From the NCBI RefSeq assembly GCF_006345805.1, contig NC_043004.1, positions 24,304,001 through 24,368,000 of the forward strand: a stretch of 64,000 bases of DNA, in the 5' to 3' direction. Numbering within the stretch: the stretch's first letter is position 1; the number at the start of each line of letters is the position of its first letter. The position numbers and the translations under genes were made by a program. This DNA is from Octopus sinensis (lineage: Eukaryota). The notes under the pieces are model-generated. The model worked only from the letters and a program-made list of their open reading frames with translations. It searched no databases and was not told where the DNA came from. Below are positions 40,761-53,490 of the stretch, one piece after another.

Positions 40761-41427
40761 CGAATCAACATATATATTGTATTTTCTTTCTCCCCCACCC
40801 ACTTGTTATTCTCTAATTTTTTTTCCTTTTCTTTCTGTCGCCTGTAACAACTAACTTGTATAAGCATACACCAAGAGATTTTGTGCGCGTGTGTGCGTGT
40901 ATACATATACATGCATATGTATATATTTCTGTTTTGCCTATATATATCTGTATATGTAGATAGCCATGTACCTACGTCTGTATGTTTAGTGCATATATGT
41001 ATATTATTGATTGTTTGGTATGTGTATATATTGCTAAATGTATGTGTAAGCTTGCGTGAAAAATTTGTAAACGGATATATCCTTTAATTTATCAATTTAT
41101 TATTATTTTTACAGATAATTATTTACCCAAGGTATTCAAGCAGTTTTCCTTCTTTGCAAGCTATTTTTGATTAAAGGTTTTCTTCGATTTTTATAATAAT
41201 ATGATTTTAAGCCGTAATTTGTTTTCATGCAACTCGTTATTGAAAAGACCGTTAGTTGAAAGGACCAACGAAACAAAACCAGTTCCAAATGTGTTTCTAT
41301 CAAATTAATTGTATTTATACATATATATTTATCTTGTTCCATTCTAAACAAGACTGTCCGACGAACCGGAACGTGAAACTCTGAGTAACAGTTTTTGTGA
41401 TTTTTTGGTGCGTCTTTATAAAGTGTA

Positions 41428-41530
41428 TATATATGAAAGAAGGTTTGAAAATGCAATTTTAAAAGATATTTTATCCACAAGTGAATAAACATCTTTTAAA
41501 ATTGCATTTTCAAACTTTCTTTCATATATA
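41428..41530. repeat. Palindrome: 40-bp arms (1 mismatch), 23-nt loop
   Basis: tatatatgaaagaaggtttgaaaatgcaattttaaaagat / atcttttaaaattgcattttcaaactttctttcatatata. Confidence 0.95.
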
Positions 41531-41562
41531 ATTCCACTCGTCCGGTACCTTACACTTCACTT

Positions 41563-41621
<59 letters not shown>

Positions 41622-42200
41622 AGATACAGATATAGATATACATATATATACATATATATACATATATATATATATGCATACATATATATATATATATATG
41701 CATATATACCTATATACATATATACATATATATACATGCATATATATATACACATCTATATATGCATATATACATATATACATATATATACATATATATA
41801 TGCATATATATTTCTTTACTACCCACAAGGGGCTAAACATAGAGGGGACAAACAAGGACAGACAAAGGGATTAAGTCGATTACATCGACCCCAGTGCGTA
41901 ACTGGTACTTAATTTATCGACCCCGAAAGGATGAAAGGCAAAGTCGACCTCGGCGGAATTTGAACTCGGAACGTAACGACAGACGAAATACTGCTACGAA
42001 TTTCGCCCAGCGTGCTAACGTTTCTACCAGCTCGCCGCCTTGTATATATGCATATATACATATATATGCATATATACATATATACATATATATATATATG
42101 CATATATACATAAATATATATATATATGTATATAAATATATATATATATAACCATGTGCATACATATATATGCATATATATACATGCGCATACATATATA

Positions 42201-42246
<46 letters not shown>

Positions 42247-42286
42247 TATATGTAAACATATATATATACATATATATGCATACATG

Positions 42287-42339
<53 letters not shown>

Positions 42340-42385
42340 TTATGTATATATGCATATATATATATATATGTATATATGTATATAG

Positions 42386-42448
<63 letters not shown>

Positions 42449-42513
42449 AAGTGAAGTTGTAAGGTACCGGACGAGTGGAATTATATATGAAAGAAAGTTT
42501 GAAAATGCAATTT
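41498..42513. repeat. Near-perfect ~73-bp inverted repeats (41498-41570 and 42440-42513) enclosing (TA)-rich arrays and a SINE
   Basis: The arms differ only by a 1-nt indel (ttacacttc vs ttacaacttc). Confidence 0.92.
41811..42039 (-). mobile_element. SINE family S3, young full copy
   Basis: The reverse complement is about 93 percent identical by eye to 52284-52513. Confidence 0.93.
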
Positions 42514-43284
42514 GAATATATGTATGTATATGCATGTTTTATATATATGTACCTCTATTCCACTCACATACATGCACACCTACGCATGAGTGCGTGACTG
42601 CCTTATGTGTGTGCGTGTGAGAGAGAAAGTGGAAGGAAATGTTATTCAATTTGAGAAGTGAGGCATCTGATAATGAGGAAGAATCATATCTTTTTCTTTA
42701 GGTTTGTAAGGTTTAGAAGATTAGGAGAAACCCTTCAATTAATATTAGATTCACAAAATTTAAGTAAATATAAGAAAATATTAAAATATGCAGCACTCTG
42801 ATGGAATAATATTATTAGCATTAAAATGCCACTTAATTTATAGCCATATTATGCAACATGGAGGAAATAATGTATTATTTTGTGCAAATGCTGCAATAGT
42901 ACATTATTATGTAAGGTATCTCAAAACTTTCATTTCGCAGAAAAGTTGTATATTTTACAGGAGGTAAAAATGCTTCTTTGTAGCGCAAAGGTTTGCATTT
43001 CTTTTAATTCATAAACGATTATTTTTCTTTAATCAAGTATTTACATAGGACATTTCCCTGGTACGAAGGAGAGAATATTCTTTTCTGAGGTTTATTGTGT
43101 AACACTTAACTATTTTATTTAAATGAGGATAAAATGACCACGTTCACAGAGATATTTTAGTTTTTATCAGAATCAACTTATAATTGTTTAGGTGACAGAG
43201 AAAGCTTTCGTTTTCAAACTAATACCAAACTATATGGGCAAAAGGAGAATTAAGTTATCGAAAAAATTAGTTTCATAAAGATTT

Positions 43285-43430
43285 AGGATCAGGCACGTGT
43301 TGTGGATTGGCCGAATCGTTAGAGCTTCGGAGAAAATGCCTTGGAATATTATTTCATTTCTATATGTTCTAAGTTCAAATTACACCGGTGGCAGCTTCGG
43401 TTTTCAACTCTCTGCTGTCGAGAAATTGAG
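43285..43430 (+). mobile_element. SINE family S3, old degenerate copy
   Basis: ggccgaatcgttagagc.tcgga.aaaatgc.tt...gttctaagttcaaat. Confidence 0.55.
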
Positions 43431-43500
43431 GAATCAGTCAAAGACTAGTTAGATCCTCTTCTAAAATTTCCGAACTTGGGTCTGTATTAAAAACACTTAC

Positions 43501-43681
43501 CTGTATGTAGATGTATTAAAGAGTTTTGAGTTGTTTGAGTTTTATCGCAAGGACAACCATAAAAGAGCAGACCACAATGAAAATAGTCCAGCATGACAAA
43601 ACATTCTTTTCGCATGAATTGCGTATCAAGGTGAACATTATTTAATATGTCATTGGCTTTTTTTAGGCTATGGGATGTCAT
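43501..43681 (-). other. Possible exon ending at a consensus donor CAG|GTAAGT; product unidentified
   Basis: Non-repetitive sequence with an open frame MTSHSLKK...IHLHT up to the donor at 43500; no homology recognised. Confidence 0.25.
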
Positions 43682-44874
43682 TTGGTAGAGAGTTCACCAT
43701 TATTTCTGACTGGTCAAAACTGATTTTTGTACATAGTAGCTATTTTCTTGCACTTTGTTCCATTTACCAAAGGAGGAAATTGTCAAGCAAGTGCGTGTTG
43801 AAAATAATATTGGCAAGAGACGACTGGGAGGAGTTTCAACGCAGAGCTGTCATGCTACAAGTACCTTGTGGAACACTGAAAAGTGTTGTTTGGACATTGG
43901 GGAAGAATAGCATGAACGCTTTCACGACTGACATCAGTATCTCACTGTTTTCTGTTCATTTGAAACATCAAAATCATATCGTTCTATGACTAATATTGTC
44001 AGCCACTCATCACATAATTATATCAAACTTTTGGAAGCCTTCTCCATAAATGTATTAACCCTAACTTAAGTATTGGAGTTTAATTCTATTCTTAACGAAT
44101 GAGCCCTCCTCCATAAGGTTTATCAAGGTAATATAATAGTAACAATAATATGAAAGAATCTCGAATTGTAGCATTAATTCAGAGTTAAGCATTAGTATTT
44201 TATTGATAATTATGAATGGTCAACAGTGAGTAAACTTTCATGAGGTAAAGTCAATGTGTGGAAGAAGTAAAATCATGATGATTTTTTTCTCAGAACGTAA
44301 AGGAATAAGTTGATGAACTTAAGCATCTAAAGTCAATTTGTTCAGTGTTCTGCAAATTTTTACCATTATTCTAGCCCTTTATCCATAACAAATAGTATCT
44401 TTAGAATATATAATTCCACACACCACTTCGGTATATAAAAACAATGATGTTATATTCTGGCCATTTCTAATGACAACTGAATGAACTATGTAACATAAAA
44501 CAAACGGTATTTCTCTGGACATTGTAAATTGTCGAGTTATTAAGCACTGTAGACTAAGAATTTCTTCATGTGATATAAGTAATGCCCATGTAAAAAAACA
44601 TCTGCTTGATATCTACTTCGATAGCAATGTATTTAATTGCAACATTTATACCTAAGACATGTTTGCAAAATGAATTTAATGTAAATATCAATGTTTCCAC
44701 TAATTCTTCTTTATTGGACGTCTGGCATAATTCTTGAAGTTATATAACTAAGTATGTGGTGGCATACATACATGTACGTATGTATGTGTGTGTATTTATA
44801 CATACACATATATACGAACATATATACATACACAGACACGCATATACATATAGAGGAATGTATTTATATTAGTT

Positions 44875-45015
44875 TCAAACTTTGGCACAAGGCCAACCAT
44901 TTTGAGGAGTGATTCAATCGATTACATTGACCCCACTGCTCAACTGGTGCTTATTTTATCAACCCTGAAAGGATGTGAGGCAAAGTCGACCTCGGTAGAA
45001 TTTGAAATCAGGACG
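44875..45015 (-). mobile_element. SINE family S3, 3' two-thirds
   Basis: ggcacaaggcc...tcgattacattgacccca.tgct.caactggt.cttattttatc.accc.gaaaggatg..aggcaaagtcgacctcgg. Confidence 0.8.
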
Positions 45016-45789
45016 TATGGATATATTTATATTTGCATACATATATGCCTTTGTATGTTTATTTTGTATAATTTATGCTACAAGGGCACTAAAGTGTTCA
45101 GTACTGACTTTATTAGAAGTTTGTGTATAATAGCTGATAGAAGATTAGTCTTATTTAAAGAAAGCAGAATTAAACATGTGAATCACGTTTTCATTTACTA
45201 ATTACAATCTGCACATATCTGTACACATATTTGCAGACTGTTACATATTTGTACACATATTTTCAAACTGTTACAAATAAGGACTCACAGCCGGATGATC
45301 GAAAGCGTGGTTTGGATTAATATAGCTTTGTTTACCTTGCATATCATTAAATGCACAACTACGTGCACACGCTCACACAGTCACGTACATCACACAAACA
45401 TACGCATGCATACACATACACACAGTACACGCACATATACACACATAGACATACCTGTGTGTGTCTGTGTGTGTGTGTATACGTGAGTACAACTATATAT
45501 GTATTTTGAACTATCTAAAACGTAATATGTTATTCATTTTATTTAATGTTAAATTACTGGAGTTGCAACAGGCGCGTTGCCAAAGATTTATCTCTCGATC
45601 ATAGCGGCCAGAAAGGCGCGTAAACTCATATTTCATACTCTCGCAATTAGAAAGAGGAGAAACTCATCAATAATTAATCAAATCCATTAATAGTTATTAA
45701 CACTGTGAATCACTTAACACCGATAAGTGGCACAATCCGTTTAGATTAAGCATTAAATGACTTTCTCTGATTTTCTCTGCACCCATATT

Positions 45790-45930
45790 ATATCAATCCA
45801 ACAATCGGCTCTGTACGAATGAAGAACTACGTACACTTCTTCCTTCCTAGAATGTCGGCCTTTTGGAATTATCTCCTACAGCAGTAGATGGCTCATAGTA
45901 TAAAAGAACTGTTTCTTCATGGTGATTTTC
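45790..45930 (+). mobile_element. CR1/L2-like LINE extreme 3' remnant
   Basis: VRMKNYVHFFLPRMSAFWNYLLQ resembles the R...Y..SFFPR....WN.LP C-terminal motif. Confidence 0.4.
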
Positions 45931-47415
45931 GACGCAATAAAAGGAAACTGACTATCACTTCATATTCCATGGATTTCACGTAGAAGGAAAGGATTTGATC
46001 TGTAACGAAAGTATCTGTTCTTAATTCAAAATACTTTTCTCCCACCAAAACATATATAAACGTTAAAAGAGTTTCAAAAAGGTTATTATCCTTGTTTCTC
46101 GTCATTAAGTTTCTGAATAGATTACATATGATTCTCCAACCAATATCCAGCTGGTTTATTCTCTATATTTCTGCTTTCATTGTTATACTTCTTAGTTCTC
46201 CATTTCCCGGTCATAAGAACTAAATCCGTAGTATTGTGGTCAGAATTTGCACTGATGAACCAACATTAGCATACAAATATTCTCGGAGATAACCTAATTA
46301 CAAATAAGTGCTATTTGTCGGAGCAGACACATGGGCACTAATTTTATAAGCCAGGAAACCATGCAGCTACACGCACAGAAATATGCATTTCTTAGTATAG
46401 CTTATTCATAGACAAATATATAAATATGATAATGTATGCAGTTACATACAGGCACGAACACACGGATACACACACATTCATAGTCATACATACTTAAATA
46501 GGCTTATTTTAAACTTATACATGTTTTAAGTTTTAAGTCTTATAACTTCAGTCGTATGTAATAAAGAATTAATGTGTAAATAGTGTAAAGAACATTTAGA
46601 ATCATCATGCATTCATTTTAACTTCGGCAATAAAAAAAATTGTTTATTAATTTTTTTTAAAAATCATCTTTACTTTATGTCGACATGAAAGGACTAATGC
46701 TTATTCAAATAAATCTCTTATTAGAGAAGACTTATGGTGTAGAATAACTAATAGGATGAGAAGTATGGAAAACCAGCTGCAAAACTTATTTCTAATACTT
46801 CAAAATCGCATCACGATTTGTATACATTATGATTGCGAACATGTTGAATATTAACGATTAGATCTATTTAAATGTGTAACAAACTATTTCACTAATACTT
46901 TACTCAGACGATTTCTGTTATATAGAATTATAGTTATACAAACAAATTTGCACAGTGACTTTATAATTTCTCTTATGCTTTCATGCGCATGTATGTGTGT
47001 GTATAATGTGTATATAGATATCTAATAGACATCGATAGTATAAGTACTAAACTGAAATATATAGTGGATATCGATATCCGATGTTTCTGTCAATGATATA
47101 TTATATAATCATATATTTTTCTAAATATTTTTCTCATGCTCAAGATACTTTAGCTACAACACCATATTGAGAATACTGAGGTATATCTAAGCTATTTAAA
47201 TAAGAGATGATTTATTACCCTGACCACAGCGTAGGTGGTAAAGTTTGACAAAATGGCTTTAAGAATGGGGGTGTAAAGCAAGTTTTCTGAGATAGTTGGT
47301 ATTGTTTTCCGAATTAGCATGAAAAATTGTTTGAAATATTTATTCCTTCTCAAAATGTCTTGCAAACAACTTGCACATGCAAGTGCTACCAGTCAAAAGC
47401 TCCGTATACCGAAAG

Positions 47416-47527
47416 CTAGCAAGTGTATGGGGTCATCAGGAGAGAATGCGCGCCGTTTCGGGGCCTACCTCTCGACGGCATCAATGCGCACCGGCCCCCC
47501 TCACTGATATGAGGCCCCGCTTGCTAG
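47416..47527. repeat. GC-rich 112-bp island with imperfect terminal inverted repeats
   Basis: ctagcaag...ggggtcatcag / ctgatatgaggccccgcttgctag; internal hairpin cctca-ctgata-tgagg. Confidence 0.55.
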
Positions 47528-49454
47528 ATCAGCTGGTTATGAAGAACTCAATATACTTCTAGCCATCGCTCATCGTCTCTTTTTAACCAAATCCAGTGGC
47601 TAGCCTTCTCCACTGTAGATTGGATATCAGTCATGGTGGTATTGACTTTACGATGAGTTAGGCCTAGCGATAACAACAGTTGTCTCACGCAAATAGAACT
47701 CCTTTATTACTGAAGTGTGCCTTGCTTCAAGCTAAACAATGGAATAAGACTATTTCATATATAGACATGATCTATATTCGTACAATTCTATATAGTGCTT
47801 GGATTTCTGTTTCAATTAACACGGATCAATGCATAAACATACTCCCTCCCCTTTACTCTTAGATGAAAATTATGATCCCGAAACGTTCTGCTCTTCGCTC
47901 TTCACTATAATTAATCTTATCGGTCTGTAGTATGTACTCTTGTCTGTATTATTCGGTTAAGGCAGTTATAACTGATAATTTGTACAGGGTACTAATTAAT
48001 TATAATCTATGAACAATGGTTTAACTCATCAATTTTTATCAAGTTATATATAAAACCAGTTTAAAATTATATAAATACTTGCTAGCGTTAATGACTGCAT
48101 ATTACAATGCCAGTGGATTCCATTTCAACACTTACTGTGGATGTTGTGAAGGAAGACTTCAGCGACATCTAGAGACAGACATCTTGTGATTTTGATATCC
48201 GTTGTTTACAATCTTTAACTTAAATGAAACCCTTTGAAGGAATTGACTAATACAAGTAGTTTAATAGCTATTCGCATTTCACTCTAAACAACTTTTCTCC
48301 GCTTGCCGAAGCAGTTTCATTTTATTCTGGTACTTCTTAGTAAATTTTGTTTTCGTTGTTACCTGTTTGCATGAAACGGGAATAAATTAGCATTTAATAT
48401 TTCATTACGGACCAAACAAAATCCTAATATTCCTTATTGATCCTGCTTTCTCTAGAAAATGCCATGCTATTCGTTTTAAATACCTTTGCTTTCAACTCCA
48501 TGACTATCGTGTTACATGCAGGTAATTCTGTACATTCTAAATTTATTAGGTTATCTATCCCCTAAAGAATGCAAGCTGTAGATCATGATATGAGCTTTTA
48601 GTGAGCCGGCATCTGGCTTCTGTTCCTGCTTGACTTCAAATGAAAAGACTTCCGCAAATGAAATCCTTCTAAATTACATTTCATTTCGTAAGAATATATG
48701 TTACTTCTCCTTCTTCAAAACTAGGTGACAGAGCCATTATGTGGTCTCTTCAGCTGGTCGAAATAATCACCAAATCTCTCAAAATCACTACCCGTAGCTT
48801 TATAAAGAAAAATCACTTTATATAATGTAGACTTCAAAACGTTATATGAAAGCATGACAGGATGATTATAACCAGAAATCATCTAATCGTAGGTTTAATC
48901 AGGGTAGAGATTAAAAACATGAGATTAAAAGCAGCAACAAAAATAAGCCATTATTAATTTGTGTATATTAGAAAAGAAGTCGACGAACTCTGAAAAATAC
49001 ATGAACGTCATATAATCACATTCTTTATCTTTATAAATATAGAATGGTTTACTCTACATAAAGGTAAAAATGTATTGTTCGTTGTTTCTATTGCTCAAAT
49101 ACTGTAAAATTTTCTATTATTTTATTGTTATTATACCAAAGGCCCTTTTAAACAAAATAATGGTTCTTCCAAATATATTATCACCCCAAGGAAAGTAAAA
49201 TGAATTCAAATACTACAATGAAATATTAACAGAATAACTATGAAATATTCTATTATCAGATTTCAATCTCTTCCTTTCAGACTCCTGATGAACAGTCTTC
49301 ATGAAATATCTCGAATAATCTACGATACAATTATTCTTTCTTTGTAGATTAAAGATGAAATAAGACATTTCTTTGAGTCTCACTGCATAACAATCGAGTT
49401 AAAGTTAAAGGAGCTAAAGTTGTCATTATAACTATCCTACATACACATGTTGGT

Positions 49455-49665
49455 TTCAGATTATGGCGCGATGCCAGCAATTTCAAGGGGTTGTAAGTCA
49501 GTTACATCAACCCCACTACTCAGCTGGTACTTATTATATCGACCCGGAAAGGATGAAAGTCAACCTCGATGGAATTTGAATTCAGAACATTAAACAAACT
49601 GACAAAATGCTGTTCGTTATGCATTTCGCCCGACGTGCTAACGATTCTGCCAGCTCGCCGCTCTC
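49455..49665 (-). mobile_element. SINE family S3
   Basis: ctggtacttattatatcgaccc.gaaaggatgaaa.tcaacctcg...gaatttgaa...gcatttcgcccgacgtgctaacgattctgccagctcgccg. Confidence 0.85.
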
Positions 49666-50988
49666 AATCATACATGTAAATATTAATGTGTGTATGTATG
49701 TGTGTGCGCGTGTGTTTGTGTGTGAGTGTCAGAGAGCGTGTGTAGTACTCATGTGTATTGAGTTTATACTATGTGTGTGTGTTTGTGCCTGTATGTATTT
49801 AATGTGTATGAAGTATAGAAAAACAAATACATGAATTAGGTGTAGTATACATTATAAAAACGAGTTCAATTTATTATATAAAGAGAGGGTAAATAGTTAG
49901 CAAAACCATGAATACACTGTACGAGAAAGAGGGAGTGAAAGTAGAGGAGAGAATTATGATAGATTCATCAGTCGCGGAAACGAAAATATTTCAATAATCA
50001 TGAAATATTACTTCAGTAACTAATCAGTAAATGAGCTGTAACTATCTCGAGTCGCTGTTTAACAGTTGGTGGTGATTGTATGACGTTCTGTTTGTTATAT
50101 ATCACATGTTATCGTTTCGTGGAATAATCGGTTTTTTTTTCCTGTTTGTTGGTTTGTTTGTTTTTTTAAATTTTGGAGTGTTTTGCAATATTTTACAACG
50201 CGTACTTTGTATATTTTAAGCTGTATTGCTTCACTAGCTCCAAACGTGCTATGTTATGAATTTAAGTTTGCAAACCAATGAGTAAGCTGTAATTCTTGAA
50301 ACAGTTTTCTCAAATGTAACGAAGCAGAACAACGAAGTGTCTCTCAGAATTTTTTAATTCTTAATTATCGCCTTTAAAGCGCTTGTCTGGAACAATGTGA
50401 AAATATGAATAAAAATGTACTAATTATAAAATTATAGAAAAATATAATCAACTAGTTGAATCGCAGATGACATCATTACAAAATGTTGGTTATTTTGTTA
50501 CTCAAATATATGTATTTAGGAGAGTACAATTAAATAAAAGTGACTATTTCATTGGCCCTAGTAAGATTGAAATTATGTTTCAATTTGGTGATATTTGAAC
50601 GCAGAACGTAAGGAGACATTTAGTAACAAATATTCGAACGAGACCTAGGAAGACTGAAATATGGAGGGGCTTCATACTAACAGCACTGAGTAGGGGCAAT
50701 TCATTCCAAGAGTGAATCAAGGATTATTACGTTCGGGATTTGTCGTCGAGAGGAACAGAACTTACCAAAAAGGGAAGAGTAACGTTTCTGTGGATACTAT
50801 TTGAAAAATATGAACATCATACAACTACCATTTTAAATCACATGGCAAATGAATAGTAACTACTTTCTTGCAATCTTTCGTATCAGGATTGCTTCCTGTG
50901 ACTAAAGCACAAGAATTACAAACTCAACTTTTACTCTTACAAACACTCTCGCTGACTTCGTGTTTGATAATGAAAATATAACATAACA

Positions 50989-51156
50989 GGCGCAGGAATG
51001 GCTGTGTGGTAAGTAGCTTGCTTACCAAACACATGGTTCCGAGTTCGTTCCCACTGCGAGGCACCTTGGGCAAGTGTCTTCTACAATAGCCTCGGACAGA
51101 TCAAAGCCTTGTGAGTGGATTTGGTAGACGGAAACTGGAAAAGGCCCGTCGTGTAC

Positions 51157-51192
<36 letters not shown>

Positions 51193-51425
51193 TGTGTGTG
51201 TGTGTGTATTTTTGTGTCTGTGTTTGTCCCCCAACATCGCTTGACAACCGATGGTGGTGTGTTTACGTCCCCGTAAATTAGCGTTACGGCAAAAGAGATT
51301 GATAGAACAAGTACTAGGCTTCCAAAGAATAGGTCCTATTGTCGATTTGCTCGACTACAAGGCGGTGATCCAGTTGGCCACAGTCAAATCACTGAAACAA
51401 TTAGAAGAGTAAAAGGGTAACAGAG
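50989..51425 (+). mobile_element. SINE family S1, full-length
   Basis: Head ggcgcagga.tggctgtgtggtaagtagcttgcttacc, internal (TA)(GT) tract, 3' half ending gagtaaaaggg. Confidence 0.92.
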
Positions 51426-51689
51426 TATAACTTGTTTCGATAAATAAATATATCGTTTTCTGGATATAACACTAGAATGCTCGAACCACATAATAACAAT
51501 TTTTCAGGCAGTTAATTAAAACTCGATCACTAATCATATCCTGCATTTGTTTCAAAATAATATTATTGCACTGTTTTCTGCCACAACAGTTTCAATGGGC
51601 AATAATCTGAAACTGAGAATTCATATTCAGCAAGATTTAGCTTCAAATAAGGAGATGTAGTGCAACATTATAGAAATTTCACAAATATA

Positions 51690-51701
51690 TATGTATGAGT
51701 G

Positions 51702-51732
<31 letters not shown>

Positions 51733-51751
51733 TGTGTGTATGTGTGTGTGT

Positions 51752-51787
<36 letters not shown>

Positions 51788-51791
51788 ATGA

Positions 51792-51826
<35 letters not shown>

Positions 51827-51833
51827 TGTGTGT

Positions 51834-51914
<81 letters not shown>

Positions 51915-51975
51915 TGTGTATGTGTGTGTGGTGTGTGTGTGTGTGTGTGTATGTGTGTGTGTGTGTTGTGTGTGT

Positions 51976-52022
<47 letters not shown>
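51690..52022. repeat. ~330-bp (GT)n array
   Basis: Direct inspection. Confidence 0.97.
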
Positions 52023-52025
<3 letters not shown>

Positions 52026-52283
52026 GATAATAAATCGTATGATCTTCACCTGGTAGCTTACCAGTAATGCACGTTCACTTTCAGAGTGTTTGTTGGGTAT
52101 TTGATTAATAGGAGAGACAGGAGATGGAAAATGCTAGATGGATCGTAACAATTGTAGTGATTAGTTAACATTCTAGTATCTTCCATCCTCCATCTTCTGA
52201 TTCTCTCATTAATCAAATATATGTGTGTGTGTGTGTCTGTCTAAATGCGTGCCTATTAACGATAATGTATATATACACAGTAT

Positions 52284-52513
52284 GGCGGCGAGCTGGCAGA
52301 ATCGTTAGCACGCCGGGCGAAATGCGTAGCCGTATTTCGTCTGCCGTTAAGGTTCTGAGTTCAAATTCCGCCGAGGTCGACTTTGCCTTTCATCCCTTCG
52401 GGGTCGATAAATTAAGTACCAGTTACGCAGTGGGGTCAATGTAATCGACTTAATCCGTTTGTCTGTCCTTGTTTGTCCCCTCTATGTTTAGCCCCTTGTG
52501 GTTAATAAAGAAA
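52284..52513 (+). mobile_element. SINE family S3, young full copy
   Basis: ggcggcgagctggcagaatcgttagcacgccgggcg...gagttcaaattccgccgagg...ccccttgtgg.taataaagaaa. Confidence 0.93.
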
Positions 52514-52574
52514 CAAATGCCTATGTACACATATACACAAATAATTCACATATATGCATATAAAACATATATTT

Positions 52575-53004
52575 AACAATGATAAATCTCAGAGCGAGTT
52601 ATAAACAGTAGCGGTAACACATCGTGACGCATATTTGCCATTTGAATATGGCTAACCCCTAAGGGTGGATGCTACTGTAGTTTATAGCCCCAGGAAGATA
52701 TCTCCTCCAGCTGGCTATAGACACACTATCTGTGTCCTATCAGTATTTGTGAAGGGAAGTCATCCTTCCCGTCTCCAACTTATGATACGCACGGACACGA
52801 GTTTCAAGGTGTTTACCTATCATCAGCGTGTGACAATCAAAGTTGTCGACGAGAATTCAGTTTCCCTCACAAATACATATACTTTTTCCAGTGTCGATTG
52901 ACACTGATATTGAAAAAGTGAAATCAAACAATGATAAATCTCAGAGCAAGTTATAAACAGTAGCGGTAACACATCGTGACGCATATTTGCCATTTGAATA
53001 TGGC
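52575..53004 (-). mobile_element. Hammerhead-containing short element bounded by 78-bp direct repeats (retrozyme/PLE-derived candidate)
   Basis: 52575-52652 and 52927-53004 are identical except for one substitution; 274-bp interior. Confidence 0.75.
52788..52832 (-). ncRNA. Minimal type I hammerhead ribozyme motif
   Basis: The minus strand reads cacacg-CTGATGA-t-aggt-aaac-acct-t-GAAAC-tcgt-GTC-cgtgcg: intact core, GUC triplet, stem I 5/6 paired, 2-bp stem III. Confidence 0.75.
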
Positions 53005-53190
53005 ATATATTTAGGCGTGTGTATATGCGTATATATATATATTTGTGTGTATAAAGGTTGATTGTGGATTCGTCCTTTAATTCGGAGGTTTCTAAAACGA
53101 TTTCTAACGTTGTTTCTTCATACTTTGCTGGGAGTTTACAGGCGTAAATTTGCGAAGATAGTCGTACTTGTATAGAATATATGCTGACTT

Positions 53191-53320
53191 TATGGTGTGA
53201 AGTCCCATAAATCTCATCAATTTAGTTTTAAAATAGAGGAGACATGTTGTTAAAACATATAAGCAACTTATCTCCTCCATTTTTAACTAAATTGATGAGT
53301 TTAAGGGACTTCACTCCATA
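53191..53320. mobile_element. 130-bp hairpin MITE-like element with TA at both ends
   Basis: Arms tatggtgtgaagtcccataaatctcatcaatttagtt...gaggaga / tctcctc...aactaaattgatgagtttaagggacttcactccata (about 58 bp, imperfect). Confidence 0.75.
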
Positions 53321-53334
53321 AATTCACCATATAT

Positions 53335-53429
<95 letters not shown>

Positions 53430-53490
53430 AGTGTGTGTATGTGTGTGTGTGTGTGAGGTTTGAGCATGTGTATATATATATATATATATA

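Noticed and set aside
41136-41492. 118-aa minus-strand ORF beside the palindrome
   Set aside because: It starts within the palindrome loop and has no recognisable motif; likely a chance ORF.
49280-49325. CTGATGA...GAAA word pair
   Set aside because: Stems I and II do not pair.
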